Shown: positions 22,068-33,831, counted from the stretch's first letter. The stretch is 64,000 bases of DNA from Erysipelotrichaceae bacterium UBA2227 (GCA_002348095.1 DDYT01000065.1:91526-155525); one strand, 5' to 3'. Notes: a model not told the origin generated them from the sequence alone. A program made the numbers and translations.

Positions 22068-24509
22068 ATGGAAGATTACAGCGGTCAAAAAATCAGACAA
22101 GTCAATATAACTTCAGAAATGAAGACCTCTTTTCTTGATTATGCTATGTCTGTTATCGTTGCAAGGGCATTGCCGGATGTAAGAGACGGTCTGAAGCCGG
22201 TTCATCGTCGTATTTTATATGCTATGAATGATTTAGGAATGCATAGTGATAAACCATTTAAGAAATCAGCACGTATCGTGGGAGAAGTTATCGGTAAATA
22301 TCATCCGCACGGAGACGTAGCTGTGTATGACACCATGGTGCGTATGGCTCAGGATTTTTCCTATCGTTATATGCTGATTGATGGTCATGGGAACTTCGGT
22401 TCGATTGATGGTGATGGAGCTGCGGCCATGCGATATACGGAAGCCCGTATGTCAAAAATCTCAATGGAGTTGCTTCGAGACATTCAAAAGGATACGATTG
22501 ATTTTATGGATAATTACGATGGCGAAGAAAAGGAACCGGTTGTATTGCCGGCTCATTTCCCTAATTTACTCGTCAATGGAACTACAGGCATTGCTGTCGG
22601 AATGGCCACCAATATACCTCCGCATCATTTAGGGGAAACGATTGATGCAGCTATTGCAATTATGGATGACCCTGACATTTCCGTCGTTGATCTCATGGAG
22701 ATCATCAAAGGGCCTGATTTCCCGACAGGTGCTTATATTTTGGGAAGGTCCGGCATAAAGCAAGCTTATGAAACCGGTCGGGGATCAATCAGCGTACGAG
22801 CAAAGATCGACACAGTTGAAATGGCCAACGGTAAAAAACAGCTGGTTGTTTCTGAAATTCCTTATCAGGTAAATAAAGCGAATTTGGTTGAAAAAATCGC
22901 ACAGTTGGTTCGAGATAAACTTATTGAAGGAATCACTGATCTTCGTGATGAGTCCAATCGGGATGGAATACGAGTCGTGATTGAACTGCGGAGAGATGTA
23001 CAGAGCGAAGTAATTTTGAACCAATTATACCGGATGACCGCCTTACAGACGACATTTGGTGTCAATATGCTGGCTCTGGTGGACAATGCACCGAAACAAT
23101 TGTCAATCAAAGAGGTCTTAAATCACTATATCGACCATCAAGTGGATGTATTGATTCGCAGAACTAACTTTGATTTGAATCGGGCTAAAGACCGTGCACA
23201 TATTTTGGAAGGATTGCGCATCGCTTTGGATTATATTGATGAAGTCATCGCTATCATTCGATCTTCGAAGGACGATTCATCGGCGATGAATGCCCTGATT
23301 GAGCGCTTTGGACTTACCGAAATACAGGCCAGAGCGATTTTAGATATGCGTTTGCGCCGTTTGACAGGATTGGAACGCTCGAAAATCGAAGAAGAGTATT
23401 CGCAGTTGTTATCTGCGATAGCTGATTATGAGGACATTCTTGCTAATCACTGGCGGATCATGGCTATTATCAAAGATGAACTGGTTGAAGTAAAAACGCG
23501 ATTTAAGGATTTGCGTAGAACAGAAATTATTGAAGCGGATTTAGACATGCAAGACGAAGATCTGATTCCCGTTGAGGATGTGGTGATCGCTATGACGCTT
23601 AACGGATACATCAAACGTACAACGATTGATACTTTCCATGTTCAGAATCGAGGCGGGAAAGGTGTTAAGGGAATGGCGACGCATTCTGACGATGTTGTCG
23701 ATCAGTTCATAACGATGTCTACCCATGATTATCTACTGCTATTTACCAATTTCGGTAAGGTTTACCGAATTAAGGGGTATCGAGTCCCACAGGCAAGTCG
23801 AGTCGCAAAAGGGATTCCTGTGGTTAATTTACTGAATTTGGAAAAAGACGAGAAAGTCAAAGCTATGTCAGCGGTCAGTACGGATTCCGACAATGCATAT
23901 TTCGTTTTTGCAACTAAAGAAGGATTGATTAAAAGAGTTGCTGTTTCTGAATTCGAGTCTATCCGTCAAAGCGGCAAAATAGCAATTTCGCTTCGCGAAG
24001 GTGATGAGTTGATTTCTGTCAAGCAGACGACCGGAGATGACGAAATTATTATTGCCGGCGCAAACGGGAAAGCTGTCCGTTTTCATGAAAATGATGTCCG
24101 GCCAATGGGAAGAAACGCTTCCGGTGTACGTGGTTTTAATGTAGATGGTAGCGAAGTCATTGGAATGACCACCGATAAGGAAGGCAGTTATATATTAGCT
24201 GTTACTCAAGGCGGATATGGCAAAAAATCAGATAGAGAAGATTACCGTTTAACTAATCGTGGAGCTAAAGGTGTTAAAACGATCAATATCACTGAGAAAA
24301 ACGGCCCTCTGGTATCGATGAGGGCGGTATATGGAAATGAAGAGTTGTTGATCGTTACGGATGAAGGCACAGTGATCAGGATATCATTAAACAATGTGGG
24401 TACATATGGTCGTAATACTCAAGGGGTCAAGTTGATTCAATTGGGTGAGGGGCACAGCGTTTCTTCAGTTGCGGTCATTCCTACAGATGAAGTTGAAAGT
24501 GTCGAGTAA
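22068..24509 (+). CDS. gyrA: DNA gyrase subunit A
   Basis: AAMRYTEAR active-site Tyr region, the HPHGD QRDR region and C-terminal beta-pinwheel repeats. Confidence 0.97.
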   Translation: MEDYSGQKIRQVNITSEMKTSFLDYAMSVIVARALPDVRDGLKPVHRRILYAMNDLGMHSDKPFKKSARIVGEVIGKYHPHGDVAVYDTMVRMAQDFSYRYMLIDGHGNFGSIDGDGAAAMRYTEARMSKISMELLRDIQKDTIDFMDNYDGEEKEPVVLPAHFPNLLVNGTTGIAVGMATNIPPHHLGETIDAAIAIMDDPDISVVDLMEIIKGPDFPTGAYILGRSGIKQAYETGRGSISVRAKIDTVEMANGKKQLVVSEIPYQVNKANLVEKIAQLVRDKLIEGITDLRDESNRDGIRVVIELRRDVQSEVILNQLYRMTALQTTFGVNMLALVDNAPKQLSIKEVLNHYIDHQVDVLIRRTNFDLNRAKDRAHILEGLRIALDYIDEVIAIIRSSKDDSSAMNALIERFGLTEIQARAILDMRLRRLTGLERSKIEEEYSQLLSAIADYEDILANHWRIMAIIKDELVEVKTRFKDLRRTEIIEADLDMQDEDLIPVEDVVIAMTLNGYIKRTTIDTFHVQNRGGKGVKGMATHSDDVVDQFITMSTHDYLLLFTNFGKVYRIKGYRVPQASRVAKGIPVVNLLNLEKDEKVKAMSAVSTDSDNAYFVFATKEGLIKRVAVSEFESIRQSGKIAISLREGDELISVKQTTGDDEIIIAGANGKAVRFHENDVRPMGRNASGVRGFNVDGSEVIGMTTDKEGSYILAVTQGGYGKKSDREDYRLTNRGAKGVKTINITEKNGPLVSMRAVYGNEELLIVTDEGTVIRISLNNVGTYGRNTQGVKLIQLGEGHSVSSVAVIPTDEVESVE

Positions 24510-24522
24510 TTAGAATTATCAG

Positions 24523-24556
24523 AATGGCGGGTTCAAGTGAGCCCGCCATTGTTTTT
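24523..24556. terminator. Bidirectional terminator between gyrA and the convergent EamA gene
   Basis: AATGGCGGG-TTCAAGTGA-GCCCGCCATT followed by GTTTTT. Confidence 0.7.
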
Positions 24557-25387
24557 GTAGTTTTCAGATGTTTTGTTAACATTATACAAAGCAATCGTAA
24601 TCAGTACAATCATACCTCCTATCAGTGAAAGGACACCCGGAATTTCCCCAATTACCAGAAATACCCAGATTGGGTTTAGAATCGGTTCAATCGTTGCAAT
24701 GATGGAACTTTTTACAGCTTTTGTTTTTTTAATGCCTAACGAAAACAGAATATAGGGAATACCAAGTTGAAATGTTCCCATCAAAAGTATTACAATCCAG
24801 TTTGTTTGGTTAAACGTCAGGAAGTTTCTATCGAAAAAGAGAAACGGAACCAGAAAGACGCTAAACAGATTTCCTAATAAGGAAGCATCCATGGGATTAG
24901 CTTTGGGCAGTCTGTTTGCGAAGAAAACACCAGCGAAGCTAACCCCTGACAATAAACCGACAAAATCACCTAACCAATATCCGGTTTGCAGACGATCGAT
25001 AAAAAACAGAGAAATGCCGAAAATTGTTAAAATGACTGCAATCAAATCTTTGCTTGATGGCCGAGTTTTCTCGAAAACCATCGAAAAAATCAATATAAAT
25101 ACGGGCGCGGAGTATTGTAATACGATGGCGTTAGCAGATGTCGTTAATTTATTAGCCAACATAAATAAGGTGGTTGTCAATGTTAATGAGACAGCAGACA
25201 ATACAGTGGATTTCGAGAATGAGATTCGAGTTTTCCCGCGATACAAGAGTATAACAAAAAATGCGATCAAACCCCGGATACATGCGATCGTAAAAGCGTT
25301 CCATGTCAAAACCTTGGCCGCAAGTCCGCCAAAACTCCACATGACAGCAGCAACGAATATTAAGAATGATCCATCTTTTTCTTTCAT
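24533..25387 (-). CDS. EamA/DMT-family transporter
   Basis: 284 aa with about 10 TM helices in two EamA-like halves. Confidence 0.75.
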   Translation of the reverse strand: MKEKDGSFLIFVAAVMWSFGGLAAKVLTWNAFTIACIRGLIAFFVILLYRGKTRISFSKSTVLSAVSLTLTTTLFMLANKLTTSANAIVLQYSAPVFILIFSMVFEKTRPSSKDLIAVILTIFGISLFFIDRLQTGYWLGDFVGLLSGVSFAGVFFANRLPKANPMDASLLGNLFSVFLVPFLFFDRNFLTFNQTNWIVILLMGTFQLGIPYILFSLGIKKTKAVKSSIIATIEPILNPIWVFLVIGEIPGVLSLIGGMIVLITIALYNVNKTSENYKNNGGLT

Positions 25388-25519
25388 GTGAAGTCTCCCG
25401 GCCGTGGCTTATGCATGCTATTTTACACTATGCGGAAAGAGTTGAACATATATTTTTTCAATATTGTATTGGCTATCTGATTGTGCGAAAATTATGACAG
25501 TGAATTTATGGGTGAGAAA

Positions 25520-26083
25520 ATGTCAAAACTCTATTACAGCCGAATCGAAGATAGAACCACTCTGAACAGCGCACATTTTCATATTCGTTGTCACTTGAGT
25601 GAAATCGAGAGCGTTCTATCAGTGACTGCAAAAGACAATGATTTTGTTCTTTCAGTATTTAAAGATAGTCTCAATGGGAATTATTTTGTATGTGAACGGA
25701 TTGAAAACGGATTAATTTCTGCGTTAAAAAACCGAGTCATAATAATTAACGAGTTTTACTGTTTGGGCATAGTACGAACCCCATTGAATTGGCTGGATGG
25801 TATAATGATGCACAATCTTGGATCACCAGAGCAATCTTCAGTATATGATTTGTACGATTACCTAATGTCGATCAACCAGGCAGGAAAACTGACGATTTAT
25901 TACTATCCCCAAAGGCCTGATACAATCCCGCAAGACGACCAGGATTTGATTGATCGTGCGATTATACAATTCCGTTTGTATGGATCAACGATTTTGAATG
26001 ATTTATTACAGTTTCATCCGCATCTCTTTGAAAGAGTCATAAACGGTATCAAGTCTGAAAACTTCAAGGAGTACAGTATCTAA
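25520..26083 (+). CDS. Hypothetical protein with no recognisable domain
   Basis: Open frame of 187-200 aa. Candidate starts are TTG 25481, ATG 25508 and ATG 25520 (GGGTGAG upstream). I recognise no motifs in it. Confidence 0.4.
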   Translation: MSKLYYSRIEDRTTLNSAHFHIRCHLSEIESVLSVTAKDNDFVLSVFKDSLNGNYFVCERIENGLISALKNRVIIINEFYCLGIVRTPLNWLDGIMMHNLGSPEQSSVYDLYDYLMSINQAGKLTIYYYPQRPDTIPQDDQDLIDRAIIQFRLYGSTILNDLLQFHPHLFERVINGIKSENFKEYSI

Positions 26084-26088
26084 TCATG

Positions 26089-26117
26089 TTGACAACACAA
26101 ACAACCACTATTAGAAT
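26089..26117 (+). promoter_or_regulatory. Sigma-A promoter of the serS leader
   Basis: TTGACA (26089-26094), a 17-nt spacer, then TAGAAT (26112-26117). Confidence 0.7.
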
Positions 26118-26123
26118 ATACCT

Positions 26124-27639
<1,516 letters not shown>

Positions 27640-27653
27640 GGTATAATAAACAT

Positions 27654-27732
27654 GCTATCACAACGTTACCTACTGAACCAGGTCAGGGTCGGAAGACAGC
27701 AGCCTTAATGTGGCTCTGACGTGTGTGATAGC
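27654..27732 (+). ncRNA. ffs: Signal recognition particle RNA, short 4.5S-type
   Basis: Contains ACCAGGUCAGGGUCGGAAGACAGCAGCC, matching the conserved domain IV (GGAA tetraloop, AGCAGCC). The ends GCTATCACA and TGTGATAGC pair perfectly over 9 bp. TATAAT lies at 27642-27647 and a T-run follows. Confidence 0.85.
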
Positions 27733-27755
27733 TTTTATTTTATATAAGGAGATCT

Positions 27756-28214
27756 ATGGACGACAAAAATTATATGGATTTGGCAATAAATGAAGCAAAA
27801 AAGGCGCTTTTAAATAATGAAGTCCCGATTGGGTGTGTCATCATTTTCAATAACGAGGTCATTGCTGCGGATTACAACCGAAAAGAGCAACTCCAAAGTG
27901 CGACAGCTCACGCTGAAATCTTGGCTATTGAACAAGCATGTAAATTACTGAAATCTTGGCGTTTGGACGAATGCACACTGTATGTAACGCTTGAACCTTG
28001 TCCGATGTGTGCAGGCGCTATCTTTCAATCGCGAATTAAGAGGGTGGTTTTTGGTGCTTTTGATCCAAAAGGAGGTGCTTACGGCTCAAATTTTGATATA
28101 AATGCCGTACCTCGTTTGAATCACTATCCATTGGTTACAAGCGGGGTTAGAAAAGAACAATGCAGTGAGTTGCTGTTGGACTTTTTTAAAGAGAAAAGAC
28201 AAAAAAACTGGTGA
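27756..28214 (+). CDS. tadA: tRNA adenosine(34) deaminase
   Basis: HAEILAIEQA and PCPMCAGA zinc-binding CDA motifs. 152 aa. Confidence 0.9.
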   Translation: MDDKNYMDLAINEAKKALLNNEVPIGCVIIFNNEVIAADYNRKEQLQSATAHAEILAIEQACKLLKSWRLDECTLYVTLEPCPMCAGAIFQSRIKRVVFGAFDPKGGAYGSNFDINAVPRLNHYPLVTSGVRKEQCSELLLDFFKEKRQKNW

Positions 28215-28315
28215 AAACTCAAGAGGATATACTGCCTCTTTTCTTTATATGTAATATAAAAGGCTAAGGTTATGGTATAATAAATAAGACAACATTTATA
28301 GGTAAAGGAGTCTTT

Positions 28316-28780
28316 ATGGAAGTAATTTCAGTAAGAAATCATCCTGAAACAGCGGATTCCGCGATAAAATACATACAGTCTAAATGGGCCAGCGAACATA
28401 GCATGCCTGTATATCAAGACTGCATTATGCATTCGTTAAACACAAGCTCACCGCTTCCTCAATGGTACTTGCTAAAAGATCAATCAGGAATCATTGGTTG
28501 TGCAGGTTTAGTAACAAATGATTTCATCAGTCGCATGGATTTGTATCCATGGATTTGTGCGCTTTACATCGAAAAAACACATCGCGGTAAAAATCTAGGT
28601 AAGCAATTGATTGATGCTGCTGTCTTTGATGCCAAAGCAGGAGGGTTTCCGTATTGTTATTTATGCACCGATCATCAAGGCTATTATGAAAAATTCGGAT
28701 TCGAGGAAATCGGAATAGGCTATCATCCGTGGGGGGAGACATCGAAAATTTATCGGATATCGACGGATATCGAATACTGA
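28316..28780 (+). CDS. GNAT-family N-acetyltransferase
   Basis: IEKTHRGKNLGKQLID acetyl-CoA-binding (R/Q-x-x-G-x-G/A-like) segment. 154 aa. Confidence 0.7.
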   Translation: MEVISVRNHPETADSAIKYIQSKWASEHSMPVYQDCIMHSLNTSSPLPQWYLLKDQSGIIGCAGLVTNDFISRMDLYPWICALYIEKTHRGKNLGKQLIDAAVFDAKAGGFPYCYLCTDHQGYYEKFGFEEIGIGYHPWGETSKIYRISTDIEY

Positions 28781-28850
28781 TGAAAGATATTGAATTTGAT
28801 GTTTGTGCGAATCCCTGATTTGGTATAATAACAAGGAAAGAAGGTTCATT

Positions 28851-30635
28851 ATGGCATATAAGGCATTATATCGTACATATCGACCGACATCTTTCGAGAA
28901 GGTCGTTGGTCAGCAACATATTGTAAAAACTCTGCAAAATGCAGTTTTAAAGCATAAAATTGCTCATGCTTATCTTTTTTGCGGCCCTAGAGGGACAGGG
29001 AAGACGACTGTAGCGAAGTTAATGGCGAAAGCTGTCAACTGCCCGGATACAGAGAAAGCCCCTTGCAATGTGTGTGACAGCTGCCTGTCGATACAGGCAG
29101 GTACGCACCCGGATATAATTGAAATCGATGCTGCCAGTAATAATGGCGTTGACGAGATCCGTGATCTGATAGAAAAGGTCAAATATTCTCCGATTGAGGG
29201 GAAATACAAAGTATACATCATCGATGAGGTACATATGCTCTCCCAGGGAGCTTTTAATGCTCTTCTGAAAACACTGGAAGAACCCCCGGCCCATGTCATA
29301 TTTATTTTGGCTACAACAGAGCCTCACAAAGTAATTCCGACGATTATCAGCCGTTGCCAACGATTTGATTTTACGAAGGTTGCTCAGTCTGAAATTGGTG
29401 CCCGGGTTCGTGAAGTGTTGGATTTGGAAAAAATTAAGTATGAAGACGGTGTAATTCGCTTGATCAGCCAACTTGCAGAAGGTGGTTTAAGAGATGCGTT
29501 GAGCATCTTGGAACAATGTATAGCATATGCCCAAAATGATTTGCGCGTTCAACATGTACATGATATCTACGGCATTACAACCGTTAGTGAAAAAATTGAT
29601 CTTCTTGATGCGGTGTTTTCAAAAAATGTCGTCGCAATACTGGATAATGTCCGTTTCATCAGCGAAAAAAGTTTCGATATCAAACGGTTGACATCGGATA
29701 TGATTGATTTGCTTAAGGAATGCATCGTCTATCAGTACACAAGAGATGAGTCGCTGTTGCAAATTGCAACGTTAGACGAGGTTAAACACATACTTTCTAA
29801 AAAAAATGCGGATCATCTTCTGAAAATGATCGATATTTTCATCGAAACCATGGATAAATATCGAAATGCTTCGAATATCCACTCGTATTTTGAGGTTGCT
29901 TTGCTCAAGACGATGGCTATGGGGAATGAACCGGCTGTCATGGAGATTCAAAAGCCGACGATTGCACCAGTGGTAAAGACAACAGATAAGGAACTAACAA
30001 TAGTAAAAGACCATGAAGCAGTAGAACAGACTGACGAAAAAGCGGAAAAAACCGTTGAATCCGATCCGGATTTGAAATCTAATCAGGACGAGATGCATCT
30101 TCAACCGGACATCAAAGAAAAACCTATTCAAAAAGTCGAAGAAGATGAACTGTTGCTTAGCGATTTCGATATCGTTCGTTTCATGGTGGCCGGTGATAAA
30201 GCAAAAAGGACCAATGAAGCTCCCTTATGGAATCGGTTAGACGAATACATCAATGAGATCGAATGGGCAAAGGTCGCAAGAATGATTGCTGACGGCAATG
30301 TGCTGGTGACCAATGACCAGTTTGTGGTCGTATCAATTCCTTATGAAGAAGTCGTAAAAGAAGTCAATTCTAAGTCGAATGAAATTGCTTTGCGAAAATT
30401 AATGATTGAAATCGTAAAACAACCGCGAAAAGTTTTTGCCATCACCAAAGATCAAGAAGAGCGATCAATTGCTCTTTTCAGAGAGCTGTGGAGTTCGGGA
30501 AAACTGCCGGAACCTATGGTCATTCAACTGCAACCGCTTCAGAAAGCAAATAAAACGGAAGAGAGTGTCTCTGTTGATCAGCGACTTGTCAGTTTGTTTG
30601 GTGAAGGCAATGTAGACTTCATCCATGAGGATTAA
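28851..30635 (+). CDS. dnaX: DNA polymerase III subunit tau/gamma
   Basis: GPRGTGKTT Walker A, zinc module CxxCxxC (CNVCDSC), IIDEVHML and SRCQRF. The start is placed at ATG 28851 (MAYKALYRTYRP). Confidence 0.95.
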   Translation: MAYKALYRTYRPTSFEKVVGQQHIVKTLQNAVLKHKIAHAYLFCGPRGTGKTTVAKLMAKAVNCPDTEKAPCNVCDSCLSIQAGTHPDIIEIDAASNNGVDEIRDLIEKVKYSPIEGKYKVYIIDEVHMLSQGAFNALLKTLEEPPAHVIFILATTEPHKVIPTIISRCQRFDFTKVAQSEIGARVREVLDLEKIKYEDGVIRLISQLAEGGLRDALSILEQCIAYAQNDLRVQHVHDIYGITTVSEKIDLLDAVFSKNVVAILDNVRFISEKSFDIKRLTSDMIDLLKECIVYQYTRDESLLQIATLDEVKHILSKKNADHLLKMIDIFIETMDKYRNASNIHSYFEVALLKTMAMGNEPAVMEIQKPTIAPVVKTTDKELTIVKDHEAVEQTDEKAEKTVESDPDLKSNQDEMHLQPDIKEKPIQKVEEDELLLSDFDIVRFMVAGDKAKRTNEAPLWNRLDEYINEIEWAKVARMIADGNVLVTNDQFVVVSIPYEEVVKEVNSKSNEIALRKLMIEIVKQPRKVFAITKDQEERSIALFRELWSSGKLPEPMVIQLQPLQKANKTEESVSVDQRLVSLFGEGNVDFIHED

Positions 30636-30637
30636 AT

Positions 30638-31228
30638 ATGTATCCGAAAATACTGATTCAGCTGATTGAAGAACTAAGGAAACTGCCTGGGGTCGGCGCA
30701 AAGACTGCTGAACGCTATGCTTTTGAGATTATACATAGAGATCATCAGGATATTGAAGCATTTGCGAAGGTTTTGCTTGATGTGAAAACCAAATTAAAAA
30801 CATGTGTCGTGTGCGGCAATATTACAGAAGAACCAGTTTGCGGTATATGTAAGGATAAAAGTCGTGATCAGTCCGTAATATGCGTGGTAAGTCATCCGAA
30901 AGACATCATTGCTATGGAAAAGACGAGGGAGTTTCACGGGGTCTATCATGTGTTGAATGGCGTAATTTCGACATTTAAGGGGATTTTACCGGAGGACATC
31001 AATGTTGAGTCACTGATCCAGCGGGTTGACGGGAGCGTTAATGAGGTAATCATTGCGACGGATCCTACAATTGAAGGGGAAACAACAGCTTTGTATATCG
31101 CTAAGAAACTTCAGATTAAGGAAGCAAATGTCACGAGACTGGCATCCGGGTTACCGATAGGCGGTCATTTGGATTATGCAGACGAGATGACATTGATAAA
31201 AGCTATGGAAGGCCGAAAGAAAATATAG
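30638..31228 (+). CDS. recR: Recombination protein RecR
   Basis: LPGVGAKTAERY helix-hairpin-helix, a C4 zinc finger (CVVCGN...CGIC) and a Toprim domain. Confidence 0.95.
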   Translation: MYPKILIQLIEELRKLPGVGAKTAERYAFEIIHRDHQDIEAFAKVLLDVKTKLKTCVVCGNITEEPVCGICKDKSRDQSVICVVSHPKDIIAMEKTREFHGVYHVLNGVISTFKGILPEDINVESLIQRVDGSVNEVIIATDPTIEGETTALYIAKKLQIKEANVTRLASGLPIGGHLDYADEMTLIKAMEGRKKI

Positions 31229-31236
31229 GAGGAGCC

Positions 31237-32901
31237 ATGAAAACAGATATCCAGATTGCTCAAGAAAATGTGATGGAACCGATCGAGAGGATTGCAAGGA
31301 AGGCAAAGATTGACAGTGAGTATTTAGAACACTATGGCAAGTATAAGGCCAAAGTTGATCTGAAGATCATGGAATCACTGACGAATCAAAGAGATGGCAA
31401 ACTCATTTTGGTCACCTCAATCAATCCGACGAAAGCCGGAGAGGGAAAATCAACGACGACCGTCGGATTAGCCGATGGACTTGCCAGACTGAATAAAATG
31501 GTTGTCGGGGCACTGCGAGAGCCTTCACTGGGGCCGGTCTTTGGTGTTAAAGGAGGTGCGACCGGTGGCGGAATGTCGCAGGTAGTGCCTATGGAAGATA
31601 TTAATCTTCACTTTAATGGAGATATGCATGCGGTTACGACAGCAAATAATCTGATTAGCGCAGCCATCGATAATCACATTTATCATGGGAATCTTTTGAA
31701 TATTGATACAGACCATATCGTTTGGAAACGGTGTATGGATATGAATGATCGTGCACTGCGTCAGGTTAGGGTCGCGCTAGGTGATAAAAACGGCGTTGAA
31801 CGCAAAGACGGATTTAATATTACCGTGGCTTCTGAGATTATGGCGATTCTATGTCTCTCTGCTTCATTGAATGATTTTCAGCAGCGTATTGAACGCTGTG
31901 TAGTTGCCTATAATAAAGAAAATAAGCCGATCACGGTCAAAGACTTGAGTGTCGGTGGCGCAGTAGCCATGATCATGAAAGAAGCTATTAAGCCCAATCT
32001 TGTTCAAACTCTGGAAAAAACACCGATCCTTATACATGGGGGACCGTTTGCCAATATTGCTCATGGATGCAACTCGATTTTAGCGACAAAAATGGCACTA
32101 AAACTTGCTGATTATGTAGTTACGGAGTCGGGTTTTGGCGTCGATTTGGGTGCAGAAAAATTTATGGATATCAAGTGTCAAGTTGCGAAAATAGTTCCGA
32201 ATGCTGTAGTTGTCGTTGCGACCGTCCGAGCATTGAAACTTCATGGCGGAATGCCGTATGAATCGCTAAAAGAAGAAAGCATTGAAAATCTCGCAAATGG
32301 TGTTGAGAATCTGGCTAAACATTTGGAAACAATCAGAAAATTCCGTGTTCCTTACGTAGTTGCTATCAATCGGTTTGTCAGTGATACGCAAGATGAGCTG
32401 GAGTGGCTGATGAACTGGTGTGAAACCCATGGACATGATGCCGTTATCAATGAATCTTGGGGGAAGGGCAGTGCCGGAGCTGAGGATTTAGCAAAAGCAG
32501 TAATCCTTGCCTGTGAACAGGAAAGCCATTTCAAACCGTTAGTTACGGAAGCAGACAGTGTTGAAGAGAAAATCGAGAGGATTTGCCGCGAAGTGTACGG
32601 AGCAAACGGCGTAATCTATTCCGAACGAGCAAAAGAACAATTGTCTCAACTGACCAATAACGGATGGAGTCATATTTCGGTGTGCATGGCGAAAAACCAG
32701 TACTCACTTACGGATGATCAGAAAAAACTGGGGCGTCCTCGTGACTTCCAGATACACATTTCAGAGTTGAGAATCAGTGCAGGGGCAGGATTTGTCGTTG
32801 CATTAACAGGAAGCGTTATGACTATGCCGGGATTACCCAAAGTGCCGGCTGCAAACCATATGGGAATTGATGAGAAGGGGAATATCTACGGATTATTCTA
32901 G
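31237..32901 (+). CDS. fhs: Formate-tetrahydrofolate ligase
   Basis: 554 aa with INPTKAGEGKSTTTVGL and GGPFANIAHGCNS signatures. Confidence 0.95.
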   Translation: MKTDIQIAQENVMEPIERIARKAKIDSEYLEHYGKYKAKVDLKIMESLTNQRDGKLILVTSINPTKAGEGKSTTTVGLADGLARLNKMVVGALREPSLGPVFGVKGGATGGGMSQVVPMEDINLHFNGDMHAVTTANNLISAAIDNHIYHGNLLNIDTDHIVWKRCMDMNDRALRQVRVALGDKNGVERKDGFNITVASEIMAILCLSASLNDFQQRIERCVVAYNKENKPITVKDLSVGGAVAMIMKEAIKPNLVQTLEKTPILIHGGPFANIAHGCNSILATKMALKLADYVVTESGFGVDLGAEKFMDIKCQVAKIVPNAVVVVATVRALKLHGGMPYESLKEESIENLANGVENLAKHLETIRKFRVPYVVAINRFVSDTQDELEWLMNWCETHGHDAVINESWGKGSAGAEDLAKAVILACEQESHFKPLVTEADSVEEKIERICREVYGANGVIYSERAKEQLSQLTNNGWSHISVCMAKNQYSLTDDQKKLGRPRDFQIHISELRISAGAGFVVALTGSVMTMPGLPKVPAANHMGIDEKGNIYGLF

Positions 32902-32911
32902 CGGGTAAACC

Positions 32912-33829
32912 ATGGCTTCGATTGCTTACGTTACTGACAGGAAAATGATTGAGTTTCATCGTGCTTACGGAAATCAAATGATGAATTTTTGGCGTCCGAG
33001 CAGTGTGAAGCAATTTTCTCAGTTCAACCCGGGTGATTATTTGTTTTTTCTAGCCAAGGGAACAGAACGGTTTAGCGGGAAAGAAAAGGGCATTGTCGGT
33101 TATGGAAAGTATCACAGCGCACAAACGATGTCACTAAGACAAATGTGGAATCAGTTTGGGACATATAACGGATACAGCAATAAGGATGAACTTGCAGAAG
33201 CAATTGCAAAAGTAAATAAGAATCACGAAGTCGGGAAAAGTATACATTGTTTATTATTGAAAGATGTCGTTTTTTTCCAAGCACCGGTGTATCCGAGTGA
33301 AATAGGTATCCAAATCCCAAGCAATTTGGAGAGTTATATTTACCTAGATAAATTTGGGGTCGACTCGACTGTCAAAATATTACAAAAGGCTCAAAAAACC
33401 GGTATAGACGCCTGGCAGTCCGCGATGGATCAAACTATCAACAAAGATATATTTCGGGAGGATGTAGTTAATCATATCTTGGCAAAGAAAATCTCTCAAG
33501 TTGCTGATCCGGCTAGACCTGCATCGAGAATATTAAAGAAGTTTGTGGCGAATCAGTCAGATTCAGTCGAATACATCAAAGGCAGTAAGCAGGCACTACT
33601 CAGACAGTTGCCGCTGACAATTTATCTTCCGTTGGAAGTTTCCGGGAAAAATAAGGATCATGCGCTCTTTGAACTGATTGGGAAAATCAGTGTTTTAAGA
33701 GAAAGTATGAAGAAGGAGTCTGAGTTTGACGGTGCTGATGTCCGCTACTGCGTTATTTCGGAAGGGAAACTGTCGTCAGAGTGGATGGAAAGACTTCAAC
33801 ATCAAAACATTCAAGTAATCGAGGGGTAA
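32912..33829 (+). CDS. Hypothetical two-domain protein. The N-terminal half resembles the domain found N-terminal to HNH_2 nucleases; the C-terminal half is unassigned.
   Basis: The N-terminal pattern is VTD...NFWRPS...F..FNPGDYLFF...IVGYGKY...W..FG..NGY...IHCLLL..VVFF...P....Y.D. No HNH, Walker or other catalytic motif is recognisable in aa 156-305. It lies 10 nt after the fhs stop and 2 nt before the next gene. Confidence 0.45.
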   Translation: MASIAYVTDRKMIEFHRAYGNQMMNFWRPSSVKQFSQFNPGDYLFFLAKGTERFSGKEKGIVGYGKYHSAQTMSLRQMWNQFGTYNGYSNKDELAEAIAKVNKNHEVGKSIHCLLLKDVVFFQAPVYPSEIGIQIPSNLESYIYLDKFGVDSTVKILQKAQKTGIDAWQSAMDQTINKDIFREDVVNHILAKKISQVADPARPASRILKKFVANQSDSVEYIKGSKQALLRQLPLTIYLPLEVSGKNKDHALFELIGKISVLRESMKKESEFDGADVRYCVISEGKLSSEWMERLQHQNIQVIEG

Positions 33830-33831
33830 CT

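Noticed and set aside
24891-25391. 166-aa plus-strand ORF
   Set aside because: It is entirely antisense to the well-supported EamA transporter gene. It has low-complexity composition and no RBS, so it is a shadow ORF.
29019-29471. 150-aa and 109-aa minus-strand ORFs
   Set aside because: They are antisense to the AAA+ core of dnaX, so they are shadow ORFs.
29799-29806. A8 run in dnaX (tct aaa aaa aat) as a possible frameshift or transcriptional-slippage site producing a gamma subunit
   Set aside because: A -1 shift would terminate about 18 codons later, near aa 333. That is inside domain III, which is needed for clamp-loader assembly. Firmicute dnaX genes are not known to use this mechanism, and there is no downstream stem-loop or upstream SD-like stimulator.
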